Shown piece after piece: positions 12,001-22,100 of a DNA stretch of 64,000 bases. How positions within the stretch are numbered: position 1 is the stretch's first letter; the number at the start of each line of letters is the position of its first letter. The DNA is from Monocercomonoides exilis PA203 (lineage: Eukaryota; Protista; Preaxostyla). The notes beneath the pieces were generated by a model. It made no database searches and was not told where the DNA came from. It was given only the letters and a program-made list of their open reading frames with translations. The DNA lies in NCBI GenBank assembly GCA_001643675.2, contig LSRY02000036.1:682001-746000 (forward strand). The letters are read 5' to 3'. The translations under genes were made by a program, and so were the position numbers.

Positions 12001-15000
12001 CTGCACAACAGACTCTTTTGTGGGTGAAGAGGATCTTCTGCTGAGGGTTGTGAAATATCAGAGCGAAACAATATTTGTCTCAGCTATCACAGACAATCAC
12101 GCAGATAGCAAACAATGTGGAGAGTTCAATGCTCCTTGCGAGTCGCTGAATGTGGGAGTGAAACATATCGTTCCATCGCGTTTCTCTCAGCTGATGATCA
12201 TGGAGCAAGCTGCTATTGTTGGTGCGTGTAGTGTTCAAGATGTTAGCATCCGCTCACTGCAATCTCCTTCATCGGCTTTTGCGTATCTGAACTCAACAAT
12301 TGCTGATGATGAAGAAAGCATCTTCACAACATCAGAGAGAGTTCGGATTGAGAATGTGAAATTCAATTTCTGTCAGTCATTTTCGTATTCAGGCAGCTCA
12401 GTCATTCGTGAAGCAAATGGCCAACTTTCTCTTTTGTTTGTTGATTTTTCATCAGTTGGACAATCAGAAAGCATTGAATCTGTTGTTCTCAATTCAACAT
12501 TGTTTAGCATCGAAAATGGAATTCTACATGTTGACAACTGCTCAATATCAATGCTTTCATCCAAGAAGCCTTCTTTCCTGTTTTGCGGGGAAGAGATATC
12601 GTTGACGAATGTGAAGTTGGAGCATATTGAGGCAACAACCAATGTATTTGAGATTGGCAACTGTGGAAGCGTTGCACTCAATGGAATAGTTGTGAATGAA
12701 GTGAAGCTGATGGAAGGATGTATCGTTTCAATAAACGATTCAACTTCAGGAACTGTTTCAATAACAATCTCCTCATTCAATAACTGTTCAAGGAATTCAG
12801 AAGGAGCTTCTATTCTTTCAGCTTCTTCTTCCTCAGCTCAGATAGTTCTTTCAAACTGTTCTTATTCAAGCTGTATTTCGAAGTCTGAGGAAGGGAGCAT
12901 GATGAAGATTGGAAATGCGATTGATGCTTCGATGCGCATGTGCGAATTTGAAGGATTGCTAACAAAAGAGAGAAAGAGTGAAAGAATAAATTCTTTTGAA
13001 GAAATATGTGAATGGAATGGATCACTTGTCCATTCATCAAATTCAACAATAGCAATGAAGGATGTTTCAATTTCGAATTCATCGTTGGGTGGATTGTCGA
13101 TCTCTTCTGGCAATGTGACGATAGAGAAAGGAGAATTCTTTGGCAACAATCCTTTCATTGCAAAATATCCATCGCTTTGTCGAAATATCATCTGCTCAGA
13201 TTCTGCTTCGCTGACCATTTCGAGCTTGAAGGGAGGAGATGGAGTAATGCCCAATTCTTCGCTGTGGATTCTGGACGATGGATGCAGCCTGGAAGGGATG
13301 GCAGGAGAAAGGGCATCGCCCTTCTTCATTCCCAAGCTGGAAGGGGCTTCGGCCAGCGAAAATGGAGGTGGGACTGAAATTCAATTCAAGGGAGCACTTC
13401 TTCTGCCATGCGATTTGTCATTCCGACTGATTTTATCAGCTGGAGAAACAGACCTGATTGAGACATATCATTTTGAAGAAGATGGGTTTGCGAGTGAAAC
13501 GGAAGCAGTTGGGATGGTGCCTTCGAGAAATCTTTCGTCGATCCCAGATGAGACGGAGGTGTCTGTGATGATTGTGTATGGAAAGCGGTTGTCTGCAACT
13601 GATGCATTTGTTCTGAAGAACAGAAGCGAACCCAAGGCAAATGGGGAGGAAAGGATTGTTGAAGGAGGAAAAGAAGGGAAATCTTATTGGTTGTTAATTG
13701 TGATTGTCATGAGTATCATATTACTAATTGTCCTTATTGGATTTATTTTATTCATTGTTCGGTGGAAGAAGGTGAAGAATGAAGCAGAAGATCTGAGAGA
13801 GATTGTGAATGATAACATCAGAAAAGATCCGAAGGCGTTTGAGATGGTGACGATGGAGATGTCGCCAGAGGAGCAGTGGAGGAGAGCAGAAAGGGAAGCA
13901 GAGAAGAAGAACGATGAGAGAATCAAGAAGAGGGTGTATGCGAAAAGCTTGGGACATTCGGAGTCATCGGAACATTTATTGAGTGAGAGTGGTTCCACTG
14001 AATACATTCTGGGCAGAGATTCAGACAAGATCCCTGATTGGGCATTAGAAAAGGTTGAGGAAGAAAAAGATGATGTTTCAAGGAAGCGAACTCCATCACC
14101 ATCAGTTTCATCCGCTTCAACCACAGACACTTCAGATACAGAATCCACTTTTGTTCGTGGGGAGGATTTGTGTCCAACCACCTCATCGATGTCGAATCTG
14201 GTGGATGCAATGGCCTGCTCTTCACCACATGAGAAATTGATTGTGGATCTGAGGGATTCGCTGTTCATGCTGCTTCATGGAAGGAATGAGAAGAAGGAGA
14301 TGGCGATAGGCACTCTGAAGGAAAGAGAGCAAACAGCTGCCCAGATTTTGTTCTGGGTGGCGAATGGGGCACTCCACTCATTTGATGAGATGGAAAACCC
14401 ACTTCAGTCATTGGCCAATCTGAGTCCTCATATTGTGCTGTTCTCTGAGCACATGGTCATCTGCATCGTGATGCATTCTGACTTGTTGTCAGATGATGAT
14501 TCAGACTCGTCTTCCATCTCATCATCAACTGTTGCAACATCTGCCAGTGATGATGATGAGGAGGAGGATGACTCTCTGCCCTCGTCTGCATTTGAGGATG
14601 AGGATGACAATTTCAAGAAGGAGTGTCTGAGGTGGAAGGCGCCAGAGCTGCAGATGAACAAGAAGATGGGGGCAACAGAGAAGTCGGTGGCATTCTCGGT
14701 CGGGATGATGCTGTGGGAGTGCCTGACACTCCAGATCCCGTTTGGGGAGTATGAGGCAGAGGCAGCTGGGCAGAAGATTGCGAATGGAGAAATGCCGAAT
14801 GTGGGGCTGGTGAAGGACACACCATATTTGGAGTTTTGGAGGCTGTGTATCTCGTGGAATGAGGCAGACAGGCCTTCTCTGAGTGGGATGAAGCGAGAGC
14901 TGATTGGGCACTTTCCAGCTGGGGCAGTGATGGTGACACTGACAGATGCAATCTGCGATTCTTTGCGAGACGAAGACGAAGAGGAAGAGGAAGAAGAGGA

Positions 15001-15082
15001 AGAAGAGGAAGAAGAGGAAGAAGATGGGATGAGCGAATCGATAAGCAAAGAAGAAGGGAGGAAAAGCCGAAAATACTTGTGA
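6056..15082 (+). CDS. Giant intronless type-I membrane receptor-like protein A (3008 aa): Cys-rich Pmp/beta-helix-like ectodomain, single TM, degenerate tyrosine-kinase-like (pseudokinase) tail, poly-Glu end
   Basis: 9-kb ORF with a hydrophobic N-terminus and repeated GGA(I/L)/GGG(I) and FxxN/FxxC motifs. Five (F/H)(V/I)(S/G)..D..CG....PC modules are present. The TM segment YWLLIVIVMSIILLIVLIGFILFIV lies at ~13685-13759. Kinase C-lobe motifs: LRWKAPE, VAFSVGMMLWECLTLQIPF, DRPS. Confidence 0.9.
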   Translation: MQLLVVCLEFVIGAWGRCQQFDKNDEQLQCWMGMLEGRQNRNEECIVKTMCDMHNSSMGVEKICIYRSSGKCSFFVGEQSALSFGCCLLTEKGNFSSSTICNWGFCVLRNSSLMSSSCCFLMNSVVEMQKASSCVQIENCEWRNIVFCGKGSILRNGEGFSEVAKKCTFANVTEMNKADEKMKSEDSITESHMEDSIVMSSMNVLEGGIASGTQGSGVFLCSNCTFYHNERRDWRIRNTDRLSTTETQTFKNAEWIECNAECGGALYVHDNSSATLTVENSSFVKCKATSTRGGGIYALKIAECIVHHTTFIQCSCASINTDCGGGGITAENVFTQSIVECCNFRNCSSGNDGGAIDLRPTKTEKQKACVVNSFFDNCQCYGSDNGIGGAIQHWGCIDKVVISNCLFCHCYSIRAGGAVGQQINENNEGILFYFCFFHNNECQKGGHDIVLYSSTSNNIDSSCYSTRNTSNRVSTDTVIIVDKSEWLLNDGGRVRFVSSVQTQQNAKDTYACGINESYPCNTVSHCLTQLIPEFVKDIEILTGTIIETKGVDCCSNTITIYGQSDLSTTVQTELEATGLSLFSVSTGELSISDLELVHYSAFANNRASRLFEITGAGEMHISNLNISAGSEQTENTAFAAELINIQNGVFQMENVNWAKTISAVSLVSFSSTNEVSLTLSECTFDEIERTSSGAAVMSFSNDKAIIELNSSTFEGCGSRTSADGGSMMLYAGEENEVEVKGGIFDECYCSVVNGLGGGILLQLLNDNLNFLISSSFGTNTAKCGRDIFVLSPNLEETTKSQKITCVTASSESADRVRGFNNGNTTLAVPLCIYLLPDPTEIFVSDSEAFDHSHCGIIEFPCLTLKHSLTRQTGEKKVVVSGMILMSDELAFAGQKHEIRGNDDQSGWTVSDSSSTSNSAMISASVETELSKLIFSLPYSLSQCSTFILSSSQLTLSQCSLSLQNPLEVLELLFLSVESGILSIETFTASSISLSENPLISLSGSSTEAKLKNVNLIGIGTSCASGLFEVVERASIQMSDCVISSITPSEGIMSSRLISSTSAKKIEIIRSGISNFAVKDQNGGAIECTVESGCSFVFKEGSMNSCKSEGGNGGGLWVQMKSGSSLSIGNVTEEPSSKGDKNEQEAKVCFSHCSATANVDGRKGLGGGIYLYLDNGASNFVLKSMIFDECSGRKGKDVFLNAFDLRDAANSATFCFDADVNGLDKLNGFERSTTNEEYEIPLVVYLWNNFTSPCHVGGEDAHDFSGCGHAQVPCSTITNAVGFRFSNKNKSIKLHSPFSFGEELKMGSNEWSVTGEGNSSNYEIGAGISGSQRGVFETRCPTTFGKVVFSVAERIGSYESIFHCISNKLIIQDCGIIASENDLDVSFVKIEGGEVTISNVFGIGIKWQTSAIICDGGSEVVPSIEIGESNFSGNSEQNGCLIECKSVKFLNATKCDITEMDRAAGCGGCISVDNSNIENENIQINIEECVFDGCSVLSDGGKGGAIFAQMKGNTQLNIISSTFTGCAAPAGEAKTGFGGGIALKLVDGDSSFVISSPAFDVDNPNTAKYGNDLFVESSNLTKSITNTSLPFVSGHLADISLNSMSGFDENDTINAIPLVYFWRAFGSELFIGSEGRDVCICGLSDYPCLSIDYSLERMLEGNERIISVIGKAILQKSVDVSGLSIRSNNTIMCALECNSSLEGTEGTAMKIQGITNFELINFVVPSSFTSGVDVLLHIGSSEGLLTLKDCSFSKNEESREEEMINFVLIEADGGIIVLEFVAIQSLCFSKDIISVHPTTILNMKNLTMKNIELEGASGLGMSKSSRREKNEVEQDVVIEWSSFEEVTQNATDDIPIIRNDNDEPLKMVVRNTTMKRCGGSKCEKGGGMFSVLNEGGRVDCSFCTISECFCSTTGRGGWLFLECTSTAEQPLNFVLSNITFRDNSAFRGRDVYVRCHSIESQIVDEQFLLDFRLPFVKELAIWGCTTDSFVGEEDLLLRVVKYQSETIFVSAITDNHADSKQCGEFNAPCESLNVGVKHIVPSRFSQLMIMEQAAIVGACSVQDVSIRSLQSPSSAFAYLNSTIADDEESIFTTSERVRIENVKFNFCQSFSYSGSSVIREANGQLSLLFVDFSSVGQSESIESVVLNSTLFSIENGILHVDNCSISMLSSKKPSFLFCGEEISLTNVKLEHIEATTNVFEIGNCGSVALNGIVVNEVKLMEGCIVSINDSTSGTVSITISSFNNCSRNSEGASILSASSSSAQIVLSNCSYSSCISKSEEGSMMKIGNAIDASMRMCEFEGLLTKERKSERINSFEEICEWNGSLVHSSNSTIAMKDVSISNSSLGGLSISSGNVTIEKGEFFGNNPFIAKYPSLCRNIICSDSASLTISSLKGGDGVMPNSSLWILDDGCSLEGMAGERASPFFIPKLEGASASENGGGTEIQFKGALLLPCDLSFRLILSAGETDLIETYHFEEDGFASETEAVGMVPSRNLSSIPDETEVSVMIVYGKRLSATDAFVLKNRSEPKANGEERIVEGGKEGKSYWLLIVIVMSIILLIVLIGFILFIVRWKKVKNEAEDLREIVNDNIRKDPKAFEMVTMEMSPEEQWRRAEREAEKKNDERIKKRVYAKSLGHSESSEHLLSESGSTEYILGRDSDKIPDWALEKVEEEKDDVSRKRTPSPSVSSASTTDTSDTESTFVRGEDLCPTTSSMSNLVDAMACSSPHEKLIVDLRDSLFMLLHGRNEKKEMAIGTLKEREQTAAQILFWVANGALHSFDEMENPLQSLANLSPHIVLFSEHMVICIVMHSDLLSDDDSDSSSISSSTVATSASDDDEEEDDSLPSSAFEDEDDNFKKECLRWKAPELQMNKKMGATEKSVAFSVGMMLWECLTLQIPFGEYEAEAAGQKIANGEMPNVGLVKDTPYLEFWRLCISWNEADRPSLSGMKRELIGHFPAGAVMVTLTDAICDSLRDEDEEEEEEEEEEEEEEEDGMSESISKEEGRKSRKYL

Positions 15083-15507
15083 TGATGATCGTATAGGTTG
15101 GCATTCTTTTGAGAAGGGCTTTCTTTGCTTTCTTCTTTGACTGTTATTCGTTGAATGGGAAGTGGAGAGCAGGATGTGAATTCTCTCAGTGAGTTCAGTC
15201 TGCTTTCCATTTTTCGACTTTCTTCGAATCAGAATCAAAATGTTTCAAAAGTGAGTTATTTTCTTTTTTCATTTTGACTTTTGTTTTCAATTTTTTGTGG
15301 AAGAGGCGTGTGTTTCATGGTGCTTTTAGCATCACCATTTTTTCTGTTAATAACAACATCAGGATAATTCTCACAAGATGAATTGCAATGAAACAGTTTC
15401 TGATATTTATTGTGAACAATTTTAAGAATATTAAACTGATACAGTCTAAATCGGACATAATCACATCGGTTTTCGCACAATTTTTTGTGACTAAATCCGA
15501 TTATTAT
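7519..15507 (+). repeat. Left arm of ~7.99-kb inverted repeat (palindrome)
   Basis: Reverse complement of 16169-24157 (paired coordinates sum to 31676), and all mirrored ORFs in the track are identical. Mismatches noticed at 11791/19885 (synonymous ACT/ACG) and 15476/16200. Confidence 0.97.
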
Positions 15508-16168
15508 AATATGTGATGTTGCTAAACATTCAAAATAATAAATAATAATTGATTTCATAGGGTGATTCATAAACCTGTATAACTGTTGATCATGAAATCT
15601 GATCGATTATTCACTATATTAATATTTTCAAAAGTTTGTTTTTGTTTTTTTGTGTAGATAATGAAATGAAAATGTTGAAATAGGAAAAATTGAATTGCAC
15701 GAATTTCTGTGTTTTGAATCTTTTAGGGTTTGAGGCACATCCACAACCCTCCTTAATTAATTTTAGGATTTCTTTTAATTAACTTTTATGCTATTCAAAA
15801 TGTGAAAATAAAAATCATATTTGAATTCTTTAATTAAAACTCAAAGACAGACGTTCCTGGCACTTCAATAAATGCAAAAATTTGTGTCTTCATTGAAAAT
15901 AAATAATTTTTTGTTTCAGAAGCAATGCTGTTTTCTCATAACCTTTAAAAGCTGCATTCTCCACGATTTTGATTATAAATGAGAACATGCGATGAATGAG
16001 TTTCTTCAAAATTTTTTACAGTTTCAACAGTTATAAAGAGATAAAAAAAAATAAAATATCAAATAAGAATATATATGTATTATTTTTGGGGTTGATCAGT
16101 AAGATACCATAATCGAAGGTCATGCCAATATTTCTGCATGTTTTTGACATAGGAATGAAAGATTTATA

Positions 16169-19100
16169 ATAATAATCGGATTTAGTCACAAAAAATTGTA
16201 CGAAAACCGATGTGATTATGTCCGATTTAGACTGTATCAGTTTAATATTCTTAAAATTGTTCACAATAAATATCAGAAACTGTTTCATTGCAATTCATCT
16301 TGTGAGAATTATCCTGATGTTGTTATTAACAGAAAAAATGGTGATGCTAAAAGCACCATGAAACACACGCCTCTTCCACAAAAAATTGAAAACAAAAGTC
16401 AAAATGAAAAAAGAAAATAACTCACTTTTGAAACATTTTGATTCTGATTCGAAGAAAGTCGAAAAATGGAAAGCAGACTGAACTCACTGAGAGAATTCAC
16501 ATCCTGCTCTCCACTTCCCATTCAACGAATAACAGTCAAAGAAGAAAGCAAAGAAAGCCCTTCTCAAAAGAATGCCAACCTATACGATCATCATCACAAG
16601 TATTTTCGGCTTTTCCTCCCTTCTTCTTTGCTTATCGATTCGCTCATCCCATCTTCTTCCTCTTCTTCCTCTTCTTCCTCTTCTTCCTCTTCCTCTTCGT
16701 CTTCGTCTCGCAAAGAATCGCAGATTGCATCTGTCAGTGTCACCATCACTGCCCCAGCTGGAAAGTGCCCAATCAGCTCTCGCTTCATCCCACTCAGAGA
16801 AGGCCTGTCTGCCTCATTCCACGAGATACACAGCCTCCAAAACTCCAAATATGGTGTGTCCTTCACCAGCCCCACATTCGGCATTTCTCCATTCGCAATC
16901 TTCTGCCCAGCTGCCTCTGCCTCATACTCCCCAAACGGGATCTGGAGTGTCAGGCACTCCCACAGCATCATCCCGACCGAGAATGCCACCGACTTCTCTG
17001 TTGCCCCCATCTTCTTGTTCATCTGCAGCTCTGGCGCCTTCCACCTCAGACACTCCTTCTTGAAATTGTCATCCTCATCCTCAAATGCAGACGAGGGCAG
17101 AGAGTCATCCTCCTCCTCATCATCATCACTGGCAGATGTTGCAACAGTTGATGATGAGATGGAAGACGAGTCTGAATCATCATCTGACAACAAGTCAGAA
17201 TGCATCACGATGCAGATGACCATGTGCTCAGAGAACAGCACAATATGAGGACTCAGATTGGCCAATGACTGAAGTGGGTTTTCCATCTCATCAAATGAGT
17301 GGAGTGCCCCATTCGCCACCCAGAACAAAATCTGGGCAGCTGTTTGCTCTCTTTCCTTCAGAGTGCCTATCGCCATCTCCTTCTTCTCATTCCTTCCATG
17401 AAGCAGCATGAACAGCGAATCCCTCAGATCCACAATCAATTTCTCATGTGGTGAAGAGCAGGCCATTGCATCCACCAGATTCGACATCGATGAGGTGGTT
17501 GGACACAAATCCTCCCCACGAACAAAAGTGGATTCTGTATCTGAAGTGTCTGTGGTTGAAGCGGATGAAACTGATGGTGATGGAGTTCGCTTCCTTGAAA
17601 CATCATCTTTTTCTTCCTCAACCTTTTCTAATGCCCAATCAGGGATCTTGTCTGAATCTCTGCCCAGAATGTATTCAGTGGAACCACTCTCACTCAATAA
17701 ATGTTCCGATGACTCCGAATGTCCCAAGCTTTTCGCATACACCCTCTTCTTGATTCTCTCATCGTTCTTCTTCTCTGCTTCCCTTTCTGCTCTCCTCCAC
17801 TGCTCCTCTGGCGACATCTCCATCGTCACCATCTCAAACGCCTTCGGATCTTTTCTGATGTTATCATTCACAATCTCTCTCAGATCTTCTGCTTCATTCT
17901 TCACCTTCTTCCACCGAACAATGAATAAAATAAATCCAATAAGGACAATTAGTAATATGATACTCATGACAATCACAATTAACAACCAATAAGATTTCCC
18001 TTCTTTTCCTCCTTCAACAATCCTTTCCTCCCCATTTGCCTTGGGTTCGCTTCTGTTCTTCAGAACAAATGCATCAGTTGCAGACAACCGCTTTCCATAC
18101 ACAATCATCACAGACACCTCCGTCTCATCTGGGATCGACGAAAGATTTCTCGAAGGCACCATCCCAACTGCTTCCGTTTCACTCGCAAACCCATCTTCTT
18201 CAAAATGATATGTCTCAATCAGGTCTGTTTCTCCAGCTGATAAAATCAGTCGGAATGACAAATCGCATGGCAGAAGAAGTGCTCCCTTGAATTGAATTTC
18301 AGTCCCACCTCCATTTTCGCTGGCCGAAGCCCCTTCCAGCTTGGGAATGAAGAAGGGCGATGCCCTTTCTCCTGCCATCCCTTCCAGGCTGCATCCATCG
18401 TCCAGAATCCACAGCGAAGAATTGGGCATTACTCCATCTCCTCCCTTCAAGCTCGAAATGGTCAGCGAAGCAGAATCTGAGCAGATGATATTTCGACAAA
18501 GCGATGGATATTTTGCAATGAAAGGATTGTTGCCAAAGAATTCTCCTTTCTCTATCGTCACATTGCCAGAAGAGATCGACAATCCACCCAACGATGAATT
18601 CGAAATTGAAACATCCTTCATTGCTATTGTTGAATTTGATGAATGGACAAGTGATCCATTCCATTCACATATTTCTTCAAAAGAATTTATTCTTTCACTC
18701 TTTCTCTCTTTTGTTAGCAATCCTTCAAATTCGCACATGCGCATCGAAGCATCAATCGCATTTCCAATCTTCATCATGCTCCCTTCCTCAGACTTCGAAA
18801 TACAGCTTGAATAAGAACAGTTTGAAAGAACTATCTGAGCTGAGGAAGAAGAAGCTGAAAGAATAGAAGCTCCTTCTGAATTCCTTGAACAGTTATTGAA
18901 TGAGGAGATTGTTATTGAAACAGTTCCTGAAGTTGAATCGTTTATTGAAACGATACATCCTTCCATCAGCTTCACTTCATTCACAACTATTCCATTGAGT
19001 GCAACGCTTCCACAGTTGCCAATCTCAAATACATTGGTTGTTGCCTCAATATGCTCCAACTTCACATTCGTCAACGATATCTCTTCCCCGCAAAACAGGA

Positions 19101-22100
19101 AAGAAGGCTTCTTGGATGAAAGCATTGATATTGAGCAGTTGTCAACATGTAGAATTCCATTTTCGATGCTAAACAATGTTGAATTGAGAACAACAGATTC
19201 AATGCTTTCTGATTGTCCAACTGATGAAAAATCAACAAACAAAAGAGAAAGTTGGCCATTTGCTTCACGAATGACTGAGCTGCCTGAATACGAAAATGAC
19301 TGACAGAAATTGAATTTCACATTCTCAATCCGAACTCTCTCTGATGTTGTGAAGATGCTTTCTTCATCATCAGCAATTGTTGAGTTCAGATACGCAAAAG
19401 CCGATGAAGGAGATTGCAGTGAGCGGATGCTAACATCTTGAACACTACACGCACCAACAATAGCAGCTTGCTCCATGATCATCAGCTGAGAGAAACGCGA
19501 TGGAACGATATGTTTCACTCCCACATTCAGCGACTCGCAAGGAGCATTGAACTCTCCACATTGTTTGCTATCTGCGTGATTGTCTGTGATAGCTGAGACA
19601 AATATTGTTTCGCTCTGATATTTCACAACCCTCAGCAGAAGATCCTCTTCACCCACAAAAGAGTCTGTTGTGCAGCCCCATATTGCCAGCTCCTTCACAA
19701 ATGGCAATCTGAAATCCAACAAGAATTGCTCATCAACAATTTGCGATTCGATTGAGTGGCATCTCACATACACATCTCTCCCTCTGAATGCAGAGTTGTC
19801 TCTGAACGTGATGTTCGACAGAACAAAATTCAGAGGCTGCTCAGCTGTCGAGGTGCATTCCAGAAACAGCCACCCACCTCTTCCCGTGGTGGAGCAGAAG
19901 CACTCAGAAATCGTGCAAAATGAGCAGTCAACTCTTCCTCCCTCATTCAACACAGAAAACATCCCTCCTCCCTTTTCACATTTCGATCCGCCGCATCTCT
20001 TCATTGTTGTGTTTCTAACAACCATTTTCAATGGCTCATCATTGTCATTCCGAATGATGGGGATATCATCGGTTGCATTCTGAGTGACTTCTTCGAATGA
20101 ACTCCATTCAATAACAACATCTTGCTCCACTTCATTTTTCTCTCTTCTTGAACTCTTTGACATGCCCAATCCGCTTGCTCCTTCCAGCTCAATATTCTTC
20201 ATCGTTAGATTTTTCATATTCAAAATTGTTGTTGGATGAACGGAAATAATATCTTTTGAAAAGCAAAGCGATTGAATTGCCACAAATTCCAACACAATTA
20301 TGCCCCCATCTGCCTCGATCAACACAAAGTTAATCATTTCTTCTTCTCTGCTTTCCTCATTCTTGCTGAATGAACAATCTTTCAGAGTCAATAGTCCTTC
20401 ACTTGATCCAATATGCAACAAAACATCAACTCCACTTGTGAACGACGATGGAACAACAAAGTTTATCAGTTCGAAATTGGTAATACCCTGAATCTTCATT
20501 GCCGTTCCTTCTGTTCCTTCAAGCGAAGAGTTGCACTCCAGAGCGCACATGATTGTATTATTTGATCTTATTGAAAGCCCACTGACATCAACACTCTTCT
20601 GAAGAATCGCCTTTCCAATGACACTGATAATCCTTTCATTTCCTTCAAGCATTCGCTCCAAAGAATAATCGATTGACAGGCAAGGATAATCTGACAGTCC
20701 GCAAATGCACACATCTCTTCCTTCGCTCCCAATAAATAACTCTGAACCAAATGCTCGCCAGAAATAAACCAATGGAATAGCATTTATTGTGTCATTCTCA
20801 TCAAATCCGCTCATGGAATTCAACGAAATATCTGCCAGATGCCCAGAAACAAATGGAAGAGAAGTGTTTGTGATGCTCTTTGTCAAGTTGGATGATTCAA
20901 CAAAAAGATCATTTCCATATTTGGCAGTGTTTGGATTATCAACATCAAAAGCAGGGGATGATATCACAAACGAAGAATCACCATCCACCAACTTCAATGC
21001 AATCCCTCCTCCAAACCCAGTCTTCGCTTCTCCAGCTGGTGCTGCACATCCCGTAAATGTGCTTGAAATAATATTCAATTGCGTGTTCCCTTTCATCTGT
21101 GCGAAAATAGCTCCTCCTTTGCCTCCATCAGACAGCACGGAGCATCCATCAAAAACACACTCTTCGATATTAATTTGTATGTTTTCGTTTTCTATATTGC
21201 TGTTGTCAACGCTTATGCATCCTCCGCATCCAGCGGCTCTATCCATCTCCGTGATATCGCATTTTGTTGCATTCAAAAATTTGACACTTTTACATTCAAT
21301 CAAACATCCATTTTGCTCGCTGTTTCCGGAAAAGTTGCTTTCACCGATTTCAATCGAAGGCACAACCTCACTTCCCCCATCACAAATTATTGCGCTTGTC
21401 TGCCATTTGATCCCAATCCCAAACACATTGCTAATCGTCACTTCACCTCCTTCAATCTTCACAAAGGAAACATCCAAGTCATTTTCAGAAGCAATTATTC
21501 CACAATCCTGAATTATCAGTTTGTTGGAAATGCAATGGAATATGCTTTCATATGATCCTATTCTTTCTGCAACAGAAAACACCACCTTGCCAAAGGTTGT
21601 TGGACAGCGCGTCTCGAATACTCCCCTTTGTGAACCAGAAATGCCTGCTCCTATCTCATAATTTGAGGAATTTCCTTCTCCAGTCACGCTCCACTCATTT
21701 GAACCCATCTTCAATTCTTCTCCAAATGAAAAAGGTGAATGAAGCTTGATTGACTTGTTTTTGTTGGAAAATCTGAACCCAACCGCATTTGTGATTGTGC
21801 TGCACGGAACTTGAGCATGCCCACAACCACTGAAATCATGAGCATCTTCTCCACCCACATGGCAAGGGGATGTAAAGTTATTCCACAGATAAACCACAAG
21901 CGGTATTTCGTATTCTTCATTTGTTGTTGAGCGCTCAAATCCATTCAGCTTATCCAACCCATTCACATCAGCATCGAAGCAAAATGTTGCTGAATTTGCT
22001 GCATCCCTCAAATCAAAAGCATTCAAAAACACATCCTTCCCTTTCCTTCCCGAACATTCATCAAATATCATACTCTTCAAAACAAAATTTGATGCTCCAT

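Noticed and set aside
14428-17248. Mirrored 163-260 aa ORFs antisense to the receptor tails
   Set aside because: They are shadows of GC-richer, GAA/GAT-rich coding sequence and appear twice only because of the inverted repeat.
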